A stretch of 64,000 nt of DNA from Geosiphon pyriformis uo1. Taxonomy: Eukaryota; Fungi; Glomeromycota. The notes below the pieces were generated by a model. The model had not been told where the DNA came from. It made no database searches and was given only the letters and a program-made list of their open reading frames with translations. Position numbers and translations under genes: made by a program. Location: assembly GCA_016748015.1 (NCBI GenBank), contig JAAOMT010000295.1:558001-622000 (forward strand), given 5' to 3'. Of the stretch, positions 37,301 to 47,879 are shown piece after piece (within the stretch, counting starts at the first letter, position 1; each line of letters starts with the position of its first letter).

Positions 37301-37664
37301 GTATTCTTTTGGGTATTACTGCTGGTGTTTGCAGTTTTCCTTTGCCTTTGCTCACATAAGTAATAGAATATCTTTGCTATATATAGTGTTCAATTTTTTT
37401 GTTGATTTCCATAATGATGAAGACGAAATTGTGATTTGTTGGCAGGTTGGTATTTTGAATTAATTCACTGTAAAAGGCTTCTCTTGCCGATTCAATATTT
37501 ACTGGTGTTCCTAACAGATAGGCAATTCTTTTGTTGATGTAGAAATTAAAAGCTAATTTTGCTAATATGTGGTTGTGATTTAATCCCAAATGTTGACAGT
37601 AGTATTGAAATAAGAATTTTGTGAATTTTAGATGGTTTGCTCCTATGTTTTCTGATTCTGCCAC
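31391..37664 (-). pseudogene. B Gag-PR-Cys-rich-dUTPase-RT-RNaseH polyprotein (about 2090 codons)
   Basis: CHNCSKQGYIRANC knuckle reads in frame into LILDSGSAGS; dUTPase motifs; VYLDD at about 32185-32200; TDTSG RNase H motif; stop after MRQI. Confidence 0.9.
33205..33640 (-). other. dUTPase domain within B polyprotein
   Basis: DARFDL (DAGFDL), ASRSSLAKKGI, GIIDTGY, ITQAIF, KGIQGF: motifs 1-5 of trimeric dUTPases. Confidence 0.88.
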
Positions 37665-37723
37665 TTTTAGATTTGTGTTGGTGCTGGTTCTCTGTAGGAT
37701 TATACCTCACAGAGAGCACCAAA

Positions 37724-38573
37724 TGTTACAGATAACTATTTCTGATGTTGGATTAAATAATAAACCCATAACTTGATGCTCAAATTTAATTACAGTCAAT
37801 AGTGATCTGAAGGTTTGTGTCTGAAAAGTCTGTATCCAAAGGGTTTGGTTGAGTTCTTTGTATAATAAACAGAGATTCAATGGTAATAGTTTTATTCGTA
37901 GCTTCCTGAAATCACAGTTTCATCAATTTTTTTTTCAGCTTGATGGCTGGTATTTCTCCTGATAAGCTATCCTCAATCGAGTGTTTTACCCTTATTTCTG
38001 GGTCTTTTACCAGTCACATTTATCCTGAAGTCAGTACCTTATGCATTAATTCTCAATAGTATTAGTAAACAACAATAAAATTAAGACAAAAAATAAAAAA
38101 AATAAAATAAAATAAAAAAAGAAAAGAAATAAGCCAAGGCAATTTGCAAGTTAGTATTCCATCAATAGCCGTAATCAAGAGCTATTATTCTAGTATAGTT
38201 AAGTATTAATTACTATCAACATGAAGTGTTGATAGGAGCAGTGGGTTTGAAATAACAAACAGTTATTTATTTGTGATTTGGAAAGTTGTCCAGATCAAAT
38301 CTAAACTGAGAGGTCTGTCTTTTTAGCTTCTAATTTTACTGCTATATATACATAATTGAGATTTCTCAATTCTTCAATTCTTCACAACAGGAATTTTGGG
38401 ATTTCTGGAATCCTGCAATTTTTTTGAGAGAAATTCTGGAATTCTGGAATCCTGTAATTTCTGAAATCCTGCAATTTCTGAAAGGAATCCTGGAATTCCA
38501 CATTTTACTATGTCTACTTCTGATTGGTTAATAACTATGCTAATATATATTCTCTATATTTCTATGAGTAACA
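37724..38573 (-). repeat. B 5' LTR
   Basis: Adjacent PBS; on the minus strand a CCAAT box (about 38523), GGAATTC-like repeats and a TATA-like box (about 38343-38350). Confidence 0.95.
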
Positions 38574-38577
38574 TCGA

Positions 38578-39359
38578 GTAGTAAAAAAGGTGTTGTCTTT
38601 TCCAGCATTTGCCAGTACCCATCTAATGATTCTTTGCTGAGCATTAGCATTGGTTTCTTGTGAGAACCAAGTAGCAGAAGAGCCTTGGAGATAACCACCA
38701 ACAATTTGGAACTTGTATTCATTATCATATTGGTTTGCTGTGGCAGCTTTCTTAAAATCATCTAGCCATTCAATTGGATATTAGGCATCACCTCTGAATA
38801 ATGGTAATGGGGTGTTGTTTCTTCGCCTTAAAGCAGTTTGTATATCTTGGAGGGCAATCAGAATGTTTTGTTGCAGAGGGTCTTGAGCCATTGGTTTAGG
38901 TGTAACTGTTTGTGTGGAATGTTCTAATTCACTTGAAAAGAGATCAAAAACAGGAGCAGTTTGATAGCTTTCTTCTTCTGTTTCAAGAGGAGTTTCTGTT
39001 AATTGATGGGCAGTAATCCAAATGTGGATTTGATAATTCAGATATTCGAAATCAGGGGGCTGTTGTTCAAAAGTTGCAGAATATAAAAGCTGATTAATAC
39101 TGTTGTTTCTTTTTTCAAAGTCATCTTCAAAATAAGCTTGGTCAAAGTAATAGATTATATAAGCTGTATAGATTTTAGCTGAATGCTCATTCAAGAACCA
39201 GTTCCAAAAGTCTTGGAATTGTCTGCTGGATTGTTTTTCAATGGGGAAGCAAATCAAGCAGAAGAGCAAAGGATTGAGTTCAATAAAGTCTAGATCATTT
39301 TTGTTGTGTGCTTTAAAGTGTTCTTCTAATTGTTGTGGCAGGTATGAATAATCACCCAT
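38578..39359 (-). pseudogene. gag: A2 gag N-terminal part
   Basis: ORF 38781-39359 (MGDYSYL..), PLFRGDA capsid-like start. Confidence 0.87.
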
Positions 39360-39411
39360 ACAATAGGAAACAAAGTGGATTTTGACAACCTCACAGAGAG
39401 CACTACTTTTA

Positions 39412-40103
39412 TGTTATGGGTTGGAGTAATAAGCTAACAGATAGCAAAAGAGAACAGGATTGTAGAGTGATGAAAATAATCAAAGAGAATTTAACTTCAA
39501 AGAGCAAATTGAATAAGTATGGATTCAATGTGCGAGATTAGTCTCATAAAATATCTCAGTCACTATTCTTTTCAAAGATAACTAGGGAATCTGAAAATAG
39601 AGAGATAGTCCGTACTATCAATAAATGATCACACTTGGTATAATTCTATGTCTCATATTGGTGTTCTTAGAATTCAATATTAAGTATCAGATGTGCTTTT
39701 TAGTCATGTTTTATTCAATAATCTCCAAATGTTGTAATTACACATTTTCAGGAAAAGGGTAAGAAATAACTAACAAGTAATCTTTTATTTTTAAGATGTT
39801 CAGATACTTGAAAGTAGGGAAAGGGAAATTAGTGATAAGAGAAGAATTGAGATGAAAGTTGTTATTTTATTTATTTGATTTCCTTAATTTCTTTATACTT
39901 TTCTACAGTTAAAAGATTCATCACTTATATAGCTATTAAAAATAGTCAATGATCAGATCAATGACTAGGTCAATGATTAGGTTAATAATCAGGTCAATAA
40001 TCAGGTCAATGATCACTTACTAAAAATAGAATGGCTAATTTATATGACATCAATGGCTAATACATGTAATAATTAATAAGAAGTATAAGTTTCAACTGTA
40101 ACA
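39412..40103 (-). repeat. A2 5' LTR
   Basis: Adjacent to the PBS; 6 units of the 12-bp repeat at 39944-40015. Confidence 0.92.
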
Positions 40104-40107
40104 GTAT

Positions 40108-40884
40108 AATCAAATCTCATTTGTCCTGGTTTTTTTGACTGATTTTGGCAATGGCTTCACACAATGTTCTGTTAAACCTTTCAACTAACCCATTTGTTTG
40201 TGGATGATATGGTGATAATAATGGTCTTTTTATCCCAAATCTTTGACTTAATTCTGCCAATGTTCTATTCACAAAGTAAGTTTTTTGATCTGATAGTAGT
40301 TCTTTTGAACATCCATGTTGATGAATTAAATCTTGATGAATGAATTTGGCAATGGATTCTGCATCTGCTCTTTGAATGGCTTTTGCTTCTGGCCATTTTG
40401 TGAGATAATTCATGGCTACTGCAATATATCTGTTGTCTCTGCTGATTATTGTTAATGATCTGACTAAGTCAATTCCAATGTAATTGAATGGTTGTCTCAC
40501 TTTGATTGGTCTTAATGGTTTACTGGTTTTTGTTCTACCTCTTTTTTGACAAGCATTACAACTTTAAATGTATTGAATAATATCCAGATATATTGATAGC
40601 CAATAATATCTTTTTCTGGTTCTTTTCATGATTGTTTCTTTATGAAAATGTTCTGCTGTTGAATCTGAATGTATGTTAAATAATATTGTTTCTTTCTTTG
40701 ATTCTGTAATTACTCTGATTGGTTGATCTGAATTTCTTTTGTTTTTCTAGTAAAATATATTTTAATGGTTAATAAAATATTTTGATTGTTGTTTTATGTT
40801 CCTTTGTTTTTTTTGAGATAATTTCTTCTTAAACAATTTAGTATTGATATAATGTTGGAGTTGTTAATATTTTTGTATATTCAT
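40108..40884 (-). pseudogene. C stand-alone integrase, N-terminal and core part
   Basis: ATG at 40884; ORF 40117-40500 with GIDLV, YLTKWPE, YHPQTNGLVER. Confidence 0.88.
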
Positions 40885-40915
40885 TTTTTTGTTATATTTT
40901 TGGGTTAGAATGTTT

Positions 40916-43900
40916 TTAGATTTGTCTTATTTGTAACAATTTATCAGCATTTCTGTTTTTTTTTCCTTTTTTATAATGTACTGTATAATTAAATGGTAAA
41001 AGTTTTATTTTTTATCTAGCATGACAATTGTCTGCAAATTTTTGTTTCTGAATTGAAGTCAATTTTTTATGATTGGTGTACATATCAAACTTTTGATTCA
41101 AGTATTTTTTCCATTTAGTAACAGCCCAATAAATAGCTAAGTGTTTTAGTATTGAAGTTTCATAGCTCTTTTCAGCTGGACTTAAGTTTCTACTAGTGTA
41201 AGCTACTGGATGTTTTCTTCCATCCAGTTCTCTCTGCAATAATACTGCTCTCAATGCTTGGTCTGATGCATTAGTGGTGATGATAAATGGTTTGCTGTGG
41301 TTTGGATAGATTAATATTGAGGCTTGAATAAGTTTTTTTTTTAGTGTGTCAAAGGCTTTTTATTGTATTTCAGTCTACTTGTATTTGGTGTTTTTTGTTT
41401 GAAGTTGGTGTAATGATTAAGCTATTTTGGAAAAGTCTTTGATAAAGCAGCAGTAATATTCAGCAAATTCCAAAAATGCTCTTAGTTCTGTCAAGTTGGT
41501 TGGTACTAGAAAGTTCTTGACCACTTCAATCTTGTCTGGATCTATTTTGATATCATCTTTGTTTACCATATGTCCCAAAAACTTGAGTTCTATTTTTCCA
41601 AAGAAACATTTGGTTGTATTTAGCTTTAATCCAGCTCTTCTTAGTCTTTCAAACACTTGTTAAAGATGATGCAGATAATTATTAAATGTTTTTAAGAACA
41701 CATTGGTGTTATCTAAGTATACAACTACTGATTTTCATAGCAGTTTTGTATAAACAATTTCTATTAGTCATTGAAATATGGCTGGAGCATTTATCAAGCC
41801 AAATGGCATTATTTCAAATTCAAAGTTTCTTTTTCGAGTTGTAAAAGTTGTTTTTTCTTTGTCTTCTGATTTCATGGCTACTTGCCAATAACTGCTGTCT
41901 AAGTCTAAAGTTGAGAATCATTTTTTTCTTCCAAAAGCATCAAATAGTTCTTGAATTTTTGGAGTTGGGTAACTATCACCTTTGGTTACTCTATTCAATT
42001 TCTAGTAATCTACACAAAAGTGTACTTTTCTATTTTTCTTATGGACTAGTACCACTGGTAATGACTATGGGCTCATTGATGGCTGAATTAACCTATTGTC
42101 AAGCATTCGATTGATTTTTTGACAAATAATCTCATGGCTGGCTAGTGGTACTTTGTATGCTGTTTGTTTAATTGACATTGTATTTCCTGTCTTAATTTGA
42201 TGTTGGATGATGTCAATTCTGCCAAATTTGTTTTTACTGGCAAATATATCATTGAAATTGTTAAGTAATATTTTGAGTTGCATATGTTGTAGTGGATCCA
42301 AGTTTCCCATGTTCATTTGTTCCAATTGTTTTGGTTGGAGCAAATAATATTTATTTCATCTATATATTGTTTGTGATATAATATCTACATATTCGTACAG
42401 TTGTGGAAAGTCTGGAATGGTATTTGGTAGTTGGTCTTCAATTTTAATAGTTAAGTATCCAATAGTGGTTCCTTTTGATATCTTAATGATGTTTTCCATA
42501 TTGTTGTAAATGGAAATTTTGATGTGACTGTGGTTTTTGGCTGGTATGTATAGATTGACTAATCCAATTTTTTCTAATTCACACAGTGTTGCTTCTGCCT
42601 TAAAAATCTAAACTTGATCCTTTATTTTTCTTTCTATGACTACTATGTACTGATCATATGGTAGAATAGAAATTAATTGATGGGTGGAGATAATTTCTCC
42701 CTTGTCAACAATTTTTTTCTTTGCCATATTAACTGGTATATTTATTCTACCTATTAATTCAAAACTCTATATCTCTTTAGCCGTAATCCCTAATTCTTCT
42801 CTGTTTCCTATTGACACTAACTGAGCTATTTTCACCAGAGGTAGGAATATTGCCTGTGCTATTTTTTTATTTGGCTCTATGATATAGGCCTTTTCAAAGT
42901 TATTCTGTAGTATTACAATGATGTTTTCTACATATCTTATATCAATTATTTCTTTTTTGATGTTGATTCCCTTTTTTGCTAAACTGCTCTTAGATGCTAA
43001 TTGAACCATTGTTGTTGCTAAAATTTCCAGTGCTATTTTCAGATTAATGCAAATATGCAAATGTGGTTCCAATTTGATGGCATATTGTCCTGGATATCTC
43101 AGATTAAACCTTATATCAATATCATGTATGCATTCTGGCATAATACCTTTATTATTATTGCTGAACCATTTTAGTTCCTGCTCCTTGAAGAGATCAGAAA
43201 GTGTGATGTATTGTTTAGAGTTTGAATCTGAGTTCCAATCATTGTATTTTTTGTTGTCATTTTGAGCAGAGCTGGAACTATTGTTTTTGTTATCATTGTC
43301 ATCAGAGTTTGAATTGGAATTGAAAATTGATTCCAATTTTGATGTACAGCTGCTGATTGGTTTGTCTTCCTCTGGAATCATGTAGATTATGTGTGGTGAT
43401 AGATTGTAAATAAGATCATACTCATTACAATATTGAAAGTCACATGAAATTAAACAGTAATTACATAGTTGGGTGTTGATTTTTTTCAGGCATTGTTTTT
43501 GTTCTTCTCAAGTGGGTGTTAATTCTTGGTAGTGTTTGTAGAATTGCTTCAGATCCAGGAGATTTATGACTGGTTTTGGGTTCCAATCAAGTTTTATGAG
43601 TTCTGGAGAGTTATTTTTCATTATTCTGATTTCCTCTGATAATGTGCCTTCGATTTTGGCAAGTGCTATTTGCCATATTTTGTCATTATTATATGGACAA
43701 CTGTCCAGATGTTTTATTGCTCTTCTTCAAGCAGTTTCTATTGGTGTTCTTTTTCTTACTTAGTTATTTATTAGGATTGTGTACTGACATAATTTGTCGC
43801 ATGTTTCTCCTCTCCCAAGAATGTCATTCCACATTTCTTTGTTGTGAAGAGTTTCATCACAAGCCAAGCAGAGTTCTTTGTTCCATTTTTTTTGTTTTTT

Positions 43901-46900
43901 TGGTTGTCTAAACCATTTAATGTTGTATGGGCAGCAATAGAATTTAGTTGTTATCTGCCATTTTTCATCATCACCACAGCATGTGCCTATTGTGGACAAC
44001 TTCTTGTCATAGTTGATGCATACTAGTTTTGGTTAGCAATAGTTAGATGGTAGTAGTATGGTATAGGTATAAGGAATATAAGTAGTAGTGATGGTTGATA
44101 TTGGCTCTTTTTTTTTCCCTTTTCCTTTTCCTTTGGTATTTTTTTCTCATTTTCAAGTTGATGGTTTATCCAGATTATTGTCAGTTCCTCAGGCTTGGTC
44201 AACATTCTAAATAAGTTCTTCTTTTTGTTTTTCTTTTCTGTTGTCATCCCAGAAAGGTATTAGTGGTAACTTATTGTGATCATTTTCAGCCCATAATACT
44301 TGATAGGCTTCCCAGATCAGTTTCTTCTTTTCTTTTTCAAACTTGATAAATGGTGCTGACATATTGGTGGTCTTGAAATGACCATACATAGCTAGTATGT
44401 ATATGTGTTGACTGTTCTGGCTAAGTTGAAACTTCTGTGTGTTTCAATTAAGTGTCACATTGGTTTTGGACAGCCAATTGTTACCAATGAATGCTTAGTA
44501 TTGAGTGGCTTCTATGACTAATACCTTGATTGGCACAATAATGCCATTGACTTTTATAAGGAAGTCATCAATTTCACCAATTGGAGTTTTGGTTGCTTCA
44601 TTAGCAATAATGATTTGTGTACTAGCAACTCAATCAACTCAGTGACCTAATTGGTCTATGAGTTGTCTTATGATAATGCTGCCAGCTGATCTATTGTCTA
44701 GGATCAGTTTGATGAAGTGGCCATCAACTTTGGCATCAGTGTACATTGCAGTAATAAGTTTTTCTTTGAGGGTGGCTTCACTGAATAGTGGCATTTTAAC
44801 TGGTTCTTTGAGTTCAAAAGGGAAAATAATAGTAAATGATTCATCCTCAGTAATGGTTGCTGATGGGATATTGTTGGTAAGTGGCTGTTTTTGTTTGGTT
44901 TCCAAGTTGTGGGATGTGGCATCTTTTAAAGTTACTAGGAGACTTAAATAGTTTTAGGAACTTGGATTTTGGGTGTACCCAGTTTCTGAACTCTACTGAC
45001 ATAATCCTAATGGCTGGTTTGAGAAGCTGAGAATTAGTTGGTGAACAACCATTGCTAATTGCCAGTTTTAAGTAATCCTTGATCTAGAATTTCCTAATGT
45101 CATCTGAGCTGGCAGTGTTGAAATTGGTTGGGGTTGATATATTACTTGAGGCTGTGACTGATAGATAGGTTGGGGCTGTAGTTGATAAATTACTGGTGTT
45201 GTCAGTTAATAAACTGGTGGTTAATAGATTGGCTGTTGCATTATAGATAAGTAATTTAGTTGATATAGTTTTGGGTTTGATTAATAATTTGGAGTTGAAA
45301 ATCTGTAATCAGAGTTTTGATATTAATTTCTTGATCATTGGTTATTTAATCTTAACCTATAGTTAATTCTCAAATGTCTTTGTTTACCACAGTAGTAGCA
45401 AACATGCATTTCTTGCTGCCATTGTTAATTGGTTGAGGATGATAGATGCGACTGATTCTGGAAACAATTTACATTTTTTTGATTATTGTGTTGTTGTGGA
45501 AGTTAATAAATTGTTTGATTGTTAACTAAGTATCTTTCTAATTTTTTGTCAATGGAATTACTGAATTGTTTTAACTTAGAATCCAATTCAGATAATCTAT
45601 TTATTACTAGATTGACAGCTTGAGTGTGGTTAGCTTTGAGTTTAGTGAATTCAAAATCCCATGCATTGGTAACTGTGTTTTGGAGAGTTTGTGAGTGCAT
45701 TGAGCATACATGTTGGAGGATACTACTGCACAGTCTATGAATGAACTGGTTTAGAATCTGTGGTGCTGTAAAATAGTCAGCTTGAATTGCATGAATTTGG
45801 CACAAGTTCTTGTGAAAACATCCCAAGTAAATAGTAACTGCTTTAGTTTCTTCTTGTTTAATTGTGGTAAAGGTGTTAACTAGGTGATTAATACTGTTAT
45901 TATTACTGAAATATCCCAAGAATGCAATTTTAAATTCCTAGAATGTTTGAGGTTTAGTGGCTAAACTTTGATACCACAAGTTGGTGGTATCTTGTAAGAA
46001 ATAGAAGATGGTTTGGAATGCTTTGGTGTTATTCCATCCATTGGCTGTGATGGCTTTTTCCATATTGTTTAGCCACACTTGTGTGTTATTCTTTTTGCCT
46101 GTGAATTTCTCAAGTTTTGCTATTGGGGTGTAGACTATTGGATCCATATTTGGTTGTTGTAGTAATTAAAAAAATAGTCATTGAAGTGGTATTGGCAGCT
46201 GTTGAAGTTGTTCAGCAATTGGATCAATTGGTTGTTAATTAATGATGATTTCTGGAAATAAGTTTTCCTGATTAATTAACTTGAGGTTCAGATTATTTGG
46301 AGTTTGCTGGGTTTGAATATTCAGGGTTTCAATTTCTGGATTTTCTGTGATTGGATTTTGATAATTAAATTCTTGATTTTCTTCTTTTTTTTCTTCTGAT
46401 GCCATTATCTCCCAGAAACTTGCATTTTCAAAATCTGGTTGAGGTGGCAGTAATCGGAATTCTGATGGCATTGGTGATCATGATTTAAATCCTTCAAAGT
46501 AATTGTTTTTTTTTGTTTACTTTGAAATGGGAGTCATCCAAATATTGATGTCATGTTTGATGTGGACACATTTGTTAAGGAGATATTAATAGTACTTTCT
46601 GGTGTATAATAGTATGATGGATTGGTTGATGATTTAACTTTGGTTTTCTTCCAAGTGAGTGGTTGTATCTGTTTTGGTGTTACTGCTGGTGTTTACAATC
46701 TTTTTTTGCCTTTGTCTGCATAGATAATAGGAAATTGTTGTTGGGTGTACCTTTTAATAGTTTGATTGATTTCCCTAATGATTGATGTAAAACTGTAGTT
46801 TTTTGGTAAGCTAGTATGTTGAAACAATTCTGTATAGAAATTTTTTCTTGCAGATTCAATGTTAACTGTTTCTCTTAAGTAGTCTGTGATTTTATTATTG

Positions 46901-47028
46901 ACATAAAAATTAAAGGCTGATTCTGCTGGGAAATGGTTATTGTTCAATCCTAATTGTTGGCTGTATTGTTGAAACAAAGATTTGGTGAATCCTAAATGGT
47001 TTGCTCCTATGATTTCTGATTCTGCCAC
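40916..47028 (-). pseudogene. C Gag-PR-Cys-rich-dUTPase-RT-RNaseH polyprotein
   Basis: ORF fragments 46693-47028, 45938-46147, 45503-45919, 44639-44905, 43760-43999, 42767-43381 (dUTPase), 41417-41656, 41012-41254; colinear with B. Confidence 0.9.
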
Positions 47029-47090
47029 TTTTGGATAATTGTTGTTGGTACCAGTTTTCTGTAAGATTATACCTCACAGGAAGCACCAAA

Positions 47091-47875
47091 TATTACAGAT
47101 GATTATTTGGAGTCTCAAATCAAATAACAAATCTGTAACTTGGTGCTTGATTAATATTTTGGCATTGGTATCTGAAGGTTTTGTTGATTTAAAGGTTTTG
47201 TTGTAGAGATCTTGATATAATAGACAAAGATTTAATTGTTGTTTCAGTAGTCTCCCAGAATTGCAATTCTGTCAAATTTTTTTCTCAGCATAGTGGCCAG
47301 TAATCCTCCTGATAAGCTATTTTCAAATCTATAAGTGTTCTACTCTTGTTTTACAGGTTTTTTACCAGTTTCTATGATGTCTGTATTCCAGTACTTAATC
47401 CTTTAATTAATTAGTAAATAACAATAAAAAAAAGAAATAAAAGAAATAAAAAATAAAAAATAAGTTAAGGCAATAATGGTTAGTATTTTGTTAATAGCTA
47501 TGATCAAGAACTATTGTTCCAGTGTGGTTAAGTATTAATTACTATCAACATAAAGTGTTGATAGTAGAGAGTGAATTTAAGATAGAAAATAATAATTTTA
47601 TTGATATTTGTGAATTGGAAGGTCACTTAAATTAAATCTAAACTGAAAGATTTGTTTTTTCTACTTCTAATGTTACCAATATATATACATAATTGAGATT
47701 CCTCAATTTTTCAATTCTTCACATCAGAAATCCTGGGATTCTTTGTATGAGAATCCTGAAATTCTTGGAATTCTGCAATTCTGTTGAGAGAAATCCTGGA
47801 ATTTCACATTTACTACAGCTACTTCTGATTGGCTAATTTATATGCTAATATACTTCTTATATTCTATGAGTAACA
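47091..47875 (-). repeat. C 5' LTR
   Basis: Repeat of 20096-20942, with fewer gaatt/gaatcc repeat units; PBS adjacent. Confidence 0.92.
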
Positions 47876-47879
47876 CCAG

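Larger units (their letters stand above)
28384..38573 (-). mobile_element. Element B: full-length 10.2-kb Gypsy with dUTPase; innermost insertion
   Basis: LTRs 28384-29249 and 37724-38573; PBS 37705-37721; flanks TTGG and TCGA (ancestral TSD TCGG); A2 gag rejoins across it. Confidence 0.95.
22247..40103 (-). mobile_element. Element A2: full-length family A Gypsy, inserted in C integrase and split by B
   Basis: LTRs 22247-22890 and 39412-40103; PBS 39389-39405; perfect TSD GTAT at 22243-22246 and 40104-40107. Confidence 0.93.
20096..47875 (-). mobile_element. Element C: full-length Gypsy with dUTPase, inserted in D gag and split by A2
   Basis: LTRs 20096-20942 and 47091-47875; PBS 47072-47088; flanks TTAA and CCAG (one TSD, left copy altered by 3 transitions). 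Confidence 0.9.

Noticed and set aside
37700-37725. tRNA gene (sequence ending ..GAGAGCACCA)
   Set aside because: Only 17 nt of tRNA 3'-end likeness next to an LTR; this is a PBS.
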